Source: an uncultured Candidatus Saccharibacteria bacterium (GTDB lineage Bacteria; Patescibacteriota; Saccharimonadia; Saccharimonadales; CAZWFS01). Taken from it: a stretch of 64,000 bases of DNA. The position numbers were made by a program, and so were the translations under genes. The number at the start of each line of letters is the position of its first letter. Position 1 is the first letter of the stretch. The notes under the pieces are model-generated. The model worked only from the letters and a program-made list of their open reading frames with translations. It did not search any database and was not told where the DNA came from. Shown here one piece after another: positions 29,986 through 39,171 of this stretch. The stretch covers positions 3,063-67,062 of the forward strand of contig CAZWFS010000001.1 in NCBI GenBank assembly GCA_964633325.1. The letters run 5' to 3'.

Positions 29986-30753
29986 ATGAAGAAGTCCGAA
30001 CTACAAAAATTGGTTGATGAACTTTTTGCTCAAGATTATCAAGGAGCAAGCCAATCTTACTCACGACCTGTTCTTTGGCCGACAGATTACAATAAAATCA
30101 TTGAAACCGCTCGCAAGAAACTAGGAATAACCAGTAAGGCACTTATGATTATTGGTAAGAACCAGGGCATATTGAGCCGTAAAGACGGAGTTATTGGCGC
30201 AAAGGATTACTACCCAATAGCCGAGGACAAGTATCTTGAGTTGGTTATCGCTCATATAAAAAGTAGCTCTAAGGCTAAGACTGATGTTCAAGCAAAGGAG
30301 CACTTTTATTCAGTGGTTGATGAAGTCCTTGGGCGAACTGGACTATCGGAAGAATGGCGGGAGTATGTAGCGGTATTCATCGTAACTAATATGCCACCAA
30401 GTAAAAACTTTCCAGCACCTTACCCATTCATTACTGTCCAAGATACTGATGACGATTCTGTAACTATCAAAATCCACAGAGGCATACGATATGAAGAATA
30501 TATTACGGCGTGGGCTGCTCTAGCCGAGTTTCTAGGACTAGGCAGACGTAAGGCTAAAAAACTTAGCGAGAAAACAGCAGCAATCCATGCTCAAATGTAT
30601 GGCAAGCGAGAGTTCTACGGACTTACGTACAGACAATTAGCAGAGGAGTACGGCATTGAACGCCTTACCGTTGATGACGCAAAGGACTACGTTAAGAAAG
30701 TCATTAAAAGACAAAAGAAACTGCGCAATGGGGGGACAGATTTAACTAAGTGA
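29986..30753 (+). CDS. hypothetical protein; first gene of the integrative element
   Basis: ORF only. Confidence 0.35.
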   Translation: MKKSELQKLVDELFAQDYQGASQSYSRPVLWPTDYNKIIETARKKLGITSKALMIIGKNQGILSRKDGVIGAKDYYPIAEDKYLELVIAHIKSSSKAKTDVQAKEHFYSVVDEVLGRTGLSEEWREYVAVFIVTNMPPSKNFPAPYPFITVQDTDDDSVTIKIHRGIRYEEYITAWAALAEFLGLGRRKAKKLSEKTAAIHAQMYGKREFYGLTYRQLAEEYGIERLTVDDAKDYVKKVIKRQKKLRNGGTDLTK

Positions 30754-30881
30754 TTTGCGTCTCCTTATAAATTATTGCATAGCATGTACGATAGTAATGT
30801 GATGATTTAAGGAACCGTTCTAGGACAAATATAAACGTCATCACATCTAGTGCGGTTCCCATTTCAGAAGGGGGTTCCATC

Positions 30882-31850
30882 ATGGACCCAATTAAAAAAA
30901 TAGACGAGCTTATGGGGCAGCATTTCCCAGAGCAGGAATACATTGTGGACAGGCTTGTGCCTGACGGTTCAATAACAATCCTGTCGGGTGCGTCAGGCTC
31001 GTTCAAGACCTACTCACTACTACAAATCGCAATAGCGGTGGCGAGTGGTAAACCGCTCTTTGAGCAGTACCAAACACAGCAAACAGGCGTACTCATCATA
31101 GATGAGGAAAACGGTGAACGCCTAATGCAGAAACGGCTGTACCAGCTCGGTGCAACAGCAGATTTGCCAATCTACTTTACGCCAAGAATGGGCTTTGAGC
31201 TGACAGAAGAAAATATAGATAACGTGCTGTTATCGTGCCTAACATACGACTTGAAGCTAGTTGTTATAGACAGCTTAATCCGTGTGCATAGCGCAGACGA
31301 AAACAGTGCCAGAGAAATGGCAAAAGTCTTTAAGCTACTACGTAAGTTTACAGAACAAGGCGTAGCGGTATTGGTAACACAGCATAACCGCAAGCCTGGC
31401 GCAAACGGTGGCGGAGCTGGCAATGAAATGCGTGGCTCAACCGATATACGGGCAGCCATAGATAGCCACATAGGCGTTACTCGCAAGAATAAGTGGTACC
31501 TAACCTTTGACCAAACCAAGCAACGCTACGATGTGGAACTTGACCCGTTCAAAGTTAAGGTGAATGCCGATAAAGACAGCTTCACCTTTGAGTACCTCGG
31601 CACTCTTACGGCGGAAGCTAACACGGCAGAACAGCTATACAAAGCGGTTACTGACCTGCTGGCGGAACATGAGCAACTTTCACAGAAAGAGCTGCTGGCA
31701 AAGCTTGCAGATACCGAAGCTAAGACTAACGAGCATACCTTGCGGGAACTGCTTAAACAGTGGGTTGCAGAAGGTGTGTTACCTCAGCCAAAACCAGGTG
31801 TTGGTAAGACTAAGTACTACCACCTTGAAGCAGAGGTTAGTAATGAGTAA
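30882..31850 (+). CDS. RecA-like AAA ATPase (AAA_25/RepA-type, replicative helicase-loader-like)
   Basis: Walker A SGASGSFKTY and Walker B LVVIDSLIRVH. Typical of plasmid and phage replication ATPases. Confidence 0.55.
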   Translation: MDPIKKIDELMGQHFPEQEYIVDRLVPDGSITILSGASGSFKTYSLLQIAIAVASGKPLFEQYQTQQTGVLIIDEENGERLMQKRLYQLGATADLPIYFTPRMGFELTEENIDNVLLSCLTYDLKLVVIDSLIRVHSADENSAREMAKVFKLLRKFTEQGVAVLVTQHNRKPGANGGGAGNEMRGSTDIRAAIDSHIGVTRKNKWYLTFDQTKQRYDVELDPFKVKVNADKDSFTFEYLGTLTAEANTAEQLYKAVTDLLAEHEQLSQKELLAKLADTEAKTNEHTLRELLKQWVAEGVLPQPKPGVGKTKYYHLEAEVSNE

Positions 31851-32067
31851 GCCAGAACCGAAAAACCGAGCTACTAATAGTAGTGCTAGCTTACTCGGTT
31901 CCGACAACCCACTACATGAAATGTACGAGCGTCCATTAACTAAGGCAGACGAAGAACAGATGATGTTCAACCTCGTCAACTTTGTAGAAACGCTGATAGC
32001 AATGGACAAGCAACACAAACAATGGAAAGAAAACAAGCAAGTAACTAAGGAGCAAGAAAATGAATAA
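31843..32067 (+). CDS. small hypothetical protein; ATGAGTAA start/stop overlap with the upstream gene
   Basis: In-frame ATG overlapping the upstream stop and preceded by GAGG. The longer track ORF 31564.. lies antisense and out of frame inside the upstream gene. Confidence 0.3.
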   Translation: MSKPEPKNRATNSSASLLGSDNPLHEMYERPLTKADEEQMMFNLVNFVETLIAMDKQHKQWKENKQVTKEQENE

Positions 32068-32512
32068 GCAAGACAAGGCAACAGAAAAGTTAATGGAAAA
32101 TATATGTACCGCAGTAGCCGAGTATCACAGCAAGGCAATGTCGGACCACGTAAAGACAGCAATGCAGCAACTAGCCAAAGCTGGATATGCGCTAAGGCGC
32201 CCACCTTTTGGTTACTCAACCACAGAAACTAGCGGATTGTTCCGCATAAACCGTATAGGCATGGCTATGCGTGTAGCAATGCAGGAAGCAGCCAACGGTG
32301 AGGTTTCTAGCGAGGAGTTTAAGCTACGGCTTTCTATCCTCTTTAGCGGTGAATCACTGGATATACGTAGTAAGGCTAGTCTAAAACGAATAGTTTCAAA
32401 TCCGTACTATATCGGCTTAATACGTTGTGGCAATGAGCTGTATAAGGGCTTGCACGAGCCACTGATTACGGCAGAGGAGCAGCAGAAGCTAATAGAGATA
32501 TTGGAAGCATAG
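32060..32512 (+). CDS. recombinase-domain-only protein (serine recombinase fragment lacking the catalytic resolvase domain and zinc ribbon)
   Basis: RRPPFGY and NPYYIGLIRCGNELYKG match the recombinase-domain motifs seen in the three full-length serine recombinases in this window (NPFYVG, NPYYCG, NRYYMG). Confidence 0.5.
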   Translation: MNKQDKATEKLMENICTAVAEYHSKAMSDHVKTAMQQLAKAGYALRRPPFGYSTTETSGLFRINRIGMAMRVAMQEAANGEVSSEEFKLRLSILFSGESLDIRSKASLKRIVSNPYYIGLIRCGNELYKGLHEPLITAEEQQKLIEILEA

Positions 32513-32590
32513 CCACTTGGGGGAGTTTATCTCCCCCTTGCTGGTAGCAATTACCAGAGGTACATCATAAAATATAAGTAGGAAACAATA

Positions 32591-34093
32591 ATGAATTATT
32601 TAATAGCACGGGTATCAGACCAAGACCAAAAGAAAGCCTTACCAGCGCAAAAGAAACGACTTGAAGACTACGCCAAGAGCTTAGACTGGATTGAGGATAA
32701 AGATTACAAATATATTGAGTTTGACGAAACAGCGTTCAAAGATAATCGCAAACGATTTAACGAACTAGTTCTAGCACCAATAGTAAATGCAATAGATAAA
32801 TCCATAATAGTCCACGATAAAGTGGACAGATTCACGAGGGATTCTTCATCAGAAGAAAAATCTATCCTTACCAGGCTTGCTAAACAAGACAAGATTGAAC
32901 TGCACTTTCCGCACGACCACCTTATTATTAACTCTGAATCAGCAGCAACGGCACATTTCCAGTTTGATATAAATGTAGCTTTAGCTAGCTACTATTCAGG
33001 GGCTATTCGGGACAATGTTAAACGCCGATTTGACCAAATGCTAGATGACGGTATCTGGATTGGACGTGCGCCAATAGGCTACGTTAATTATCAAGAACAC
33101 GACGCTAACGGCAAAGTTATTTTTAAGGGCATACGTTTGGACTTAGAGCGTGACTACCACGTCAGGAAAGGCTTTGAGTTGCGCTCCACTGGGCTGTCCT
33201 ACAAAGCTATTGCCAAAGAAATGAAGAAAGCTGGTCTGCGTAGCCGTACTGAAAAAGCCGTAGTAATCAGTGCAGCGCAGTGGGAAGAAATACTTAACAA
33301 TCCGTTTTATGTAGGCAGAATGGTGTTTAAGGGTAAAGAGTATGACCATAACTATGACACTATTGTAGAGCCTTGGCTCTGGGACAAAGTACAGGAAGTC
33401 AAAAACAGACGGGCTAATGGCAAAACCAAGTACAACAGTAAGCCATTCCTGTTTAAGAACTTAAAGTGCCACGTCTGCGGGTATTCAATAACCTTTGACG
33501 GACCTAAGCACAATGGCAAGACTTACGGGAAGTGTACCGAGTATGGTGGCAAGCACGGCGCAGTATGGGTAAATGAAGAAATACTTATTGAGCAAGTGCG
33601 TGAGCTGCTAAGAGCCATTCAGCTTCCTAAACGTCTGTTACCTAAATTAGTTGCTGAAATAGATAAGAACCACGCTAGTGAGCAAGACCGCTATGTTACT
33701 ACTAGAACTCGCTTAGAAAAAGAATATAACGCCCTGGACGAAGAACTAGAGGACTTATTTAAAGACCGCAAGCAGTTCAAAACCCGCCACGAGCTGTTTG
33801 AGCGAATGGTTAAAAAGATTGAAAAGCGTCAGAAAGATATTATGGAAGACCTGAAAGACCACAGTGCTGGCGATAAGGCGTTTGTTATCGGCGCAAGCTA
33901 CTTATTAGATGTATGTAGTCGTGCAGTTGAGTTGTTTGACGCTGAAAGTACGAAAGTGGAGCAAAAACGGTACCTAATAGAGTTCATACTTACGTACATA
34001 ACTTTGGACGGCGAAAAGCTGCATTTAACACTTAAGGAACCGTTTGAAGCGGTCATTTCATTGGCAAAAACTGGGAAATGGTACACCCGATAG
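32591..34093 (+). CDS. large serine recombinase (integrase)
   Basis: N-terminal catalytic motif LIARVSDQDQ, recombinase domain (GYVNY...NNPFYVGRMVFKG), Cys-rich zinc ribbon (CHVCGYS...CTEYGG) and a C-terminal coiled coil. Confidence 0.8.
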   Translation: MNYLIARVSDQDQKKALPAQKKRLEDYAKSLDWIEDKDYKYIEFDETAFKDNRKRFNELVLAPIVNAIDKSIIVHDKVDRFTRDSSSEEKSILTRLAKQDKIELHFPHDHLIINSESAATAHFQFDINVALASYYSGAIRDNVKRRFDQMLDDGIWIGRAPIGYVNYQEHDANGKVIFKGIRLDLERDYHVRKGFELRSTGLSYKAIAKEMKKAGLRSRTEKAVVISAAQWEEILNNPFYVGRMVFKGKEYDHNYDTIVEPWLWDKVQEVKNRRANGKTKYNSKPFLFKNLKCHVCGYSITFDGPKHNGKTYGKCTEYGGKHGAVWVNEEILIEQVRELLRAIQLPKRLLPKLVAEIDKNHASEQDRYVTTRTRLEKEYNALDEELEDLFKDRKQFKTRHELFERMVKKIEKRQKDIMEDLKDHSAGDKAFVIGASYLLDVCSRAVELFDAESTKVEQKRYLIEFILTYITLDGEKLHLTLKEPFEAVISLAKTGKWYTR

Positions 34094-34155
34094 GATTCGA
34101 ACCTACGACCTTTGGCTCCGCAAGCCAACGCTCTATCCAGCTGAGCTACGGGTGC
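34079..34155 (-). tRNA. tRNA-Arg (anticodon read as GCG; unusual and to be verified) with encoded CCA; overlaps the recombinase stop codon
   Basis: The reverse complement reads GCACCCG-TA-GCTC-AGCTGGATA-GAGC-G-TTGGC-TTGCGGA-GCCAA-AGGTC-GTAGG-TTCGAAT-CCTAT-CGGGTGT-A-CCA. The cloverleaf has a G1:U72 pair. Confidence 0.55.
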
Positions 34156-34288
34156 TCGAAAATATGATATAGAACAGAGGTGAGTTTACCATATTGTCTC
34201 AGGAAAGCCTATGGTTGCTAGAGATTTGGGTGAAATGGCAAAAAGTTCGAATTCACTTCGCGCTTTTTGGTTCCGTTTGTGGGAGGAG

Positions 34289-34354
34289 AGCAGCCAGAGA
34301 AAATGTATTCCATTTTCCCTGCGCTATGAGAGGAGGAGTCACCTCCTCTCATGG
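34289..34354. repeat. conserved twin-hairpin intergenic element, copy 2
   Basis: Near-identical to 6254-6317. It is preceded by a degenerate copy of the same TTCAC-loop terminator hairpin and lies immediately 3' of minus-strand gene 34357..34953. Confidence 0.5.
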
Positions 34355-34356
34355 TT

Positions 34357-34953
34357 TTAGAAGCGGACGCGGCGCATTAGGCGTTCCAGGGGATCCTGGC
34401 TACGCTGTTCTACTGGTAGGGCGGCGGAAAGCACGCGCACTATTTTATCCTCGTCCGCTGGATCGTAATAGATACTTATAGATGTCATAAACCTCTTCAG
34501 TGGCAATAACAGGATGGATCTTATGACGCCCTCTTCGAGTATGGCAAAAGATTTAAGCTCGCCGTAGCCGTAAAATTTTGGGCCAATTTGTACACCCGAC
34601 GAATTAACGGAGTACTCCAGTACCCGAGGCGTACGGGCAGCCATAACGCCGAAGACAGCGCCGACCACCACGATCATCCCAGCCGAAATCCGGTCGCCTT
34701 GGGTAAAGAAATATACAATTATAGCGGCAACAGCCGTGGCCAGACCAAGCATTACGAACCAACCAGTGGACTTGTGATGCGCTACATACTCTGAAGCAGT
34801 CCATGATACAGGCTCTATAGGCTGGATAGAATTAGCCGGCGCTTCCGGTGCCGTCTGGCCGGACGCATCCTCGGACTTGAATTGCCATCCGGGCGCTTCT
34901 TGGTCGGTTTTAGTCTCTTCCGTACCTGCGTATCCTGGCTGATCATCGTCCAT
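34357..34953 (-). CDS. hypothetical membrane protein
   Basis: Acidic N-terminus followed by two TM helices; no motif. Confidence 0.4.
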   Translation of the reverse strand: MDDDQPGYAGTEETKTDQEAPGWQFKSEDASGQTAPEAPANSIQPIEPVSWTASEYVAHHKSTGWFVMLGLATAVAAIIVYFFTQGDRISAGMIVVVGAVFGVMAARTPRVLEYSVNSSGVQIGPKFYGYGELKSFAILEEGVIRSILLLPLKRFMTSISIYYDPADEDKIVRVLSAALPVEQRSQDPLERLMRRVRF

Positions 34954-34995
34954 AAGCGTTATTGTACATTAGCGGGTAACTTTAACAAACGGCGG

Positions 34996-35088
34996 GAACC
35001 GAACGTGGCGGAGAGGGAGGGATTCGAACCCTCGCGGGGGATTGCTCCCCCCTATCGATTTAGCAAACCGACCCCTTCAGCCTCTTGG
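34996..35088 (-). tRNA. tRNA-Ser (anticodon GCU) with a long variable arm and encoded CCA
   Basis: The reverse complement reads GGAGAGG...TCGGT-TTGCTAA-ATCGA-(19-nt variable arm)-GAGGG-TTCGAAT-CCCTC-CCTCTCC-G-CCA. Confidence 0.75.
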
Positions 35089-35494
35089 GTACCTCTCCTT
35101 GCGCCAGACTCGGCCATTATAACAAACGCGGAGGAATACGGGCCTGGAATTTTTAGGGGCCCTCCGACTTTATAATTACTCGCTCAGGATTTTTCGGTCT
35201 CCTGGCCCGCCATACACTTGTCAAATGGCGGGACATTCGGGTCTGGAACCTTTCACCCTGTTTCTGTCCCTATACAGTCTAGCGGATAAAATGGGACACA
35301 ACCAGACTAGTTTGTGCCATTTTTGTAAAATCTCATCTGAAAATGAGACAAATGGAACAAGCGTCTCATTAAAAGACGTGTCCCATTCTATGAGGTAACT
35401 TGACTACAATCATAAGTTATGACATAGCAAGCATAACTACACGCTTATGTTAGTATAGAAGCGAAATAGTCCGTGAATCCTTGCGAGAGACGGA

Positions 35495-37099
35495 CTATTT
35501 TACTTTCTTGACCATTTTCTTGCGCCTTTCCATAGACAAAGCCAGAATAGCTTCGGTAATGTGGCGCATATTCATTGGCTCATGCCAGTTAACTTTGGTG
35601 ACTCGCACATAATGCGTCCTAGGCTTACCGTATTGATGTCTTTGGATGGTGACATGGTCGTCAATGGCGGCTTTGGCAAAAAACGCTAGGCAAAAATGCC
35701 GTTTGATAGCCGGATTAGCATTAACGTACGCTTTGGCAAAATCTAAGCCTTCCGCAAGCTGTAAGGCGCGGTCTCGACGAAAAGTGATAGTCGCTAAACG
35801 CTTCTCAGCTTCCTTGATAACGGATTTAGCTTGCTTAATGTCATGGCTGATCCGCTTTTGTTCGCTCTTCATGAGCTCGGCCGCAATCATTTTGTCATAG
35901 TAGGCCTGCAGCAAGTTCTCCTGCTCAGCTAGCAAATTATTTAGCCGCTGCTGTTGCTGTTTGACCTCGGTTTCAGCAAAGTGCTGTTCGCTCTTAAGCT
36001 CCTCGCCTACTTGCTTAACCAATAGTTCCCGGTCATCGGCCGAAACCTTGAGCCTCTTGAATTGCCGAGCGATAACTTCTTCGATCTTAGCGACTGGCAC
36101 ATATGGCAGGTCACAGCTACCGTCCTTACGATTCAGACAAAAGTAATAGCCGTATTCAACACCGTATCGATTCTTAGATACGCAGTAACAAAGGTGGCGA
36201 TCACAGCGACCGCATAAGAGTAGTCTGGATAGGTAATGGAAGTGGTGCCGGTGCTTGTTATCCCTAATTAGGTGATTAAGTCGCACCATTTGGACAGCTG
36301 CAAAGACAGATGACGTGACAATGGGCTGATGTCTGCCCTTATACTCGACGCCCATATAACGGACATAGCCCATGTAATAGCGATTGGTCAGCATCTTGTT
36401 AAGGCCGCCTAAGCTAAGTGGCGCTACGACTGAGCGTCTACGGATACGGCTCCTGAGGCCGCGTCGAGCCAGAGCTTCACACAACTGTCGTTGTCCATAG
36501 TCGCCGGTGGCATAACGTTCAAAGGCCCAGCGCACCAGTGGCGCTCGTACCGCATCGAGGATCACTGAGCGGACTTCGCGCCTATTAATTCGTTCAATGA
36601 CGTTGGTGTAACCAATGGGGGCTTGGAATGGTGTACCTCCTTGCTTGGCTTTCTCAGTGGCTCCTTTTAAAGCTTCAGCCGCCAGGTTACGGCTATAGAA
36701 CTCAGCAATGGCAGCCATAATGCCGTGTAGTAACTGGCCGGATGGTGTATCATCGATGTTTTCAGTGACACTGACAAGCTGCGCCCCACCTTTCTTGATG
36801 GCAAGGCCAATCATGACATCGTCGTGGAGATTGCGAGCTAGCCGGTCAATCTTATGAACAATGACGTATTCAATCTTCTTCTTGTCGCACAAGTCTTGTA
36901 AAAGCTGCTGCAATCCTGGTCGAGCAGCTGATCTGGCTGACTCACCACGGTCGACGTATTCTTTAATCTTGGTAGCACCCAGCTCCTTGGCTTTGCGTCT
37001 ACAAGCCTCTCGCTGCGCTGGAATCGAGAATCCATCCCGATTCGTATTACCTTTGATTTGATCGAGCGTTGACACTCGCAGATATATAGCTACTTTCAT
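35495..37099 (-). CDS. large serine recombinase (integrase); start placed at the internal ATG that has a GGGAGGAG RBS
   Basis: MKVAIYLRVSTLDQ catalytic motif, recombinase domain (NRYYMGYVRYMG), CxxC...C zinc-ribbon region and a long C-terminal coiled coil. The track ORF carries a 66-aa N-terminal extension. Confidence 0.8.
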   Translation of the reverse strand: MKVAIYLRVSTLDQIKGNTNRDGFSIPAQREACRRKAKELGATKIKEYVDRGESARSAARPGLQQLLQDLCDKKKIEYVIVHKIDRLARNLHDDVMIGLAIKKGGAQLVSVTENIDDTPSGQLLHGIMAAIAEFYSRNLAAEALKGATEKAKQGGTPFQAPIGYTNVIERINRREVRSVILDAVRAPLVRWAFERYATGDYGQRQLCEALARRGLRSRIRRRSVVAPLSLGGLNKMLTNRYYMGYVRYMGVEYKGRHQPIVTSSVFAAVQMVRLNHLIRDNKHRHHFHYLSRLLLCGRCDRHLCYCVSKNRYGVEYGYYFCLNRKDGSCDLPYVPVAKIEEVIARQFKRLKVSADDRELLVKQVGEELKSEQHFAETEVKQQQQRLNNLLAEQENLLQAYYDKMIAAELMKSEQKRISHDIKQAKSVIKEAEKRLATITFRRDRALQLAEGLDFAKAYVNANPAIKRHFCLAFFAKAAIDDHVTIQRHQYGKPRTHYVRVTKVNWHEPMNMRHITEAILALSMERRKKMVKKVK

Positions 37100-37156
37100 A
37101 GCTCCTCCCTTCATTAAGTTAGCCTTCTTATGATGGAAGGATGAGATAATATAGCT

Positions 37157-37753
37157 ATGAGACCCGAAGACTTTACCCGTATAGACTTCAGCCAGATAGA
37201 CCGTATGGCTGCAAATGCTTTGCGGGCGGCGGAACTCGTCCAGCCCAGTGTAGATAGGGCTATTGAAGTGCTCAGTCGCATACAAACAGATATTCAACCG
37301 TATATGCCCAAGATCTTAGAAGCCGTAGAACGGATTCGGCCGGTTATCCTTCGTACTTCAAGCATCTATTTCATGCCATCAAATACGTTAACTCCTACTC
37401 AAACCCAGCCCTTGCTTGCCGAGCCAGCAGTCCCACCCACTCAGCGGCTTAAAAAGAACATCTGTTTAGTTGCCGGTAACAGTTTCAAATTTAAAAACAA
37501 AGCACTCCGAGCCGTAACCCTAACATCTAAGCCTGGCAAGCTCTTGCAACTGCTACTAACAAGTAACGAGCACTTCGTCACTGATGCAGCCATCTGCCGT
37601 GAGCTAGACTTGGAAGACATACGTGGTTTTAGCTATGTGCTGCGTGATCTTAAGAAATTTTTCCGCCAAAATGAGCTCGAAATTATTATTGAAGACCGCA
37701 AAAATCCTAACGGCTATATTCTCATAGATATCCGAAAAACAGATACAAACTAA
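37157..37753 (+). CDS. hypothetical protein; divergent neighbour of the integrase and a possible element regulator
   Basis: ORF only. Confidence 0.3.
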   Translation: MRPEDFTRIDFSQIDRMAANALRAAELVQPSVDRAIEVLSRIQTDIQPYMPKILEAVERIRPVILRTSSIYFMPSNTLTPTQTQPLLAEPAVPPTQRLKKNICLVAGNSFKFKNKALRAVTLTSKPGKLLQLLLTSNEHFVTDAAICRELDLEDIRGFSYVLRDLKKFFRQNELEIIIEDRKNPNGYILIDIRKTDTN

Positions 37754-37845
37754 CTCACTTTGACTCCTAATTAGCCATTTTTTAGTTCCGTCGTGTAACG
37801 GCACTTCTTAGCGTAGCTTTATAAGTGTTAACTAAGGAGTTAAAA

Positions 37846-39171
37846 ATGAGTGAGCAAACATTAGCAATCCAACAAGTAAGCGTCAAGGATTTAAATTCAG
37901 CGCCATACAATCCCCGTAAGTGGAGTGAAGATGCTATTAAGCAGCTGACCGACAGCATCCAGCAGTTCGGTTTGGTTGATCCAATTATTGTGAACGGTAC
38001 ACCCGAGCGTAAGAACGTGGTCATTGGTGGCCACTTCCGTTTGAAAATTGCCAAAGACCTGGGATTCAAAGAAGTGCCAGTAGTCTACGTTAATATTCCA
38101 GATGAAGCCCGCGAAAAAGAGCTGAACCTGCGGCTCAATAAAGCTGTTGGTGACTGGGAGTGGACGTTGCTGGCTGAATTCGATGAAACTCTGCTGGTAA
38201 ATGTTGGTTTCACTAGCGAGGAACTGGACACCATCTTCGACCTTGATGAAGTCATACCAGAAGAATTTGACCTGCAGAAGGAGTTAGATAAGCTCAAGAT
38301 CACTGAGATCAAGGTTGAGAAAGGCGACGTCTACCAGCTCGGTGATTCGCGTCTAATGTGCGGTGACTCCACCATTCCTGAAGATTTTGCCAAGCTGATG
38401 AACGGCGAACAGGCTGACATGTGCCTGACTGACCCACCCTATATCCTCGACTACTTAAAAAGTGGCAAACGCCATGGCAAGCCTACCGAAGGCTTTGGTG
38501 CTAAGAAAAACCGTCGCTACCTGGAAACTGACGTCTTGCCAGACAACTTTACTGAGCTTTGGATGGCCAACGTCGCTGCCCATGCCAAATCAGACTTCAG
38601 CATCATTGTCTACGAGAACTGGAAAAACCTACGCATCATCTGGACCGAGATGGAAAAGTACTGGAAGGTTAAAAACATGATCGTCTGGCATTTGCCAAAC
38701 CGCAATCAAGGTTTTGCAGCCAAGTACAAGTTTTTCTCTAAGCACGACATTGCCATGGTCGGTGCTAGCGGCGATATACCGTACAACCATGATGAGGAGC
38801 CGGAGGGCCTGCAAGAAGAATACGAATCAGCACTTTTCGCAATTGCTGGCAAACCTCAGTGGGAGGGCTACCAAAAAGGTAGAAAGTACCAGCCAACCGA
38901 CTTTATCGACTTTAATGCCGCCGACGAGAAAAGCTCTGGTCAGGCCATTATCTTCGGTGTTAAGCCGCTGGAAATCCTAATCCCATACATAAAGGTCCTG
39001 ACTAAACGTGGTGACCTAGTTGTAGAACCATTTTGCGGCAGCGGCAGCACTTTAGTTGCAGCCACCAAACTGCACCGGCGCTGTTACATCATGGAAAAGT
39101 CACCAGTCTACGCTGAAGTCGCTATGGATCGCTGGGAAAAAGCGACTGGTCTCAAGCGAGTTAAGCTATGA
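37846..39171 (+). CDS. ParB-like nuclease N-terminal domain fused to an N4/N6 DNA methyltransferase
   Basis: The ParB-N region (GGHFRLKIAKDLGFKEVPVVYV) is followed by a DPPY catalytic motif (CLTDPPYILDY) and the SAM-binding motif FCGSGSTLVAA. An AAGGAG RBS precedes the ATG at 37846; the track ORF starts at a GTG at 37825. Confidence 0.7.
   Translation: MSEQTLAIQQVSVKDLNSAPYNPRKWSEDAIKQLTDSIQQFGLVDPIIVNGTPERKNVVIGGHFRLKIAKDLGFKEVPVVYVNIPDEAREKELNLRLNKAVGDWEWTLLAEFDETLLVNVGFTSEELDTIFDLDEVIPEEFDLQKELDKLKITEIKVEKGDVYQLGDSRLMCGDSTIPEDFAKLMNGEQADMCLTDPPYILDYLKSGKRHGKPTEGFGAKKNRRYLETDVLPDNFTELWMANVAAHAKSDFSIIVYENWKNLRIIWTEMEKYWKVKNMIVWHLPNRNQGFAAKYKFFSKHDIAMVGASGDIPYNHDEEPEGLQEEYESALFAIAGKPQWEGYQKGRKYQPTDFIDFNAADEKSSGQAIIFGVKPLEILIPYIKVLTKRGDLVVEPFCGSGSTLVAATKLHRRCYIMEKSPVYAEVAMDRWEKATGLKRVKL

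Larger units (their letters stand above)
29986..34155. mobile_element. small integrative element inserted at the 3' end of tRNA-Arg; cargo is a RecA-like ATPase and a recombinase-domain fragment, and the serine integrase abuts the tRNA
   Basis: The integrase stop codon lies inside the tRNA 3' end; the genes are co-oriented and tightly packed. The left boundary is not defined and may extend to about 24450. Confidence 0.45.

Noticed and set aside
31564-32067. 167-aa track ORF overlapping the AAA_25 gene.
   Set aside because: Most of it is out-of-frame overlap with the upstream gene. Only the last 75 codons, from the ATG at 31843, are plausibly real.
34882-35175. ORF 34882..35175 + across tRNA-Ser(GCU), and ORF 55796..56107 + across tRNA-Ser(UGA).
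   Set aside because: Both lie over tRNA genes and their spacers, giving the same EGFEPS/GFEPT translation artefact.
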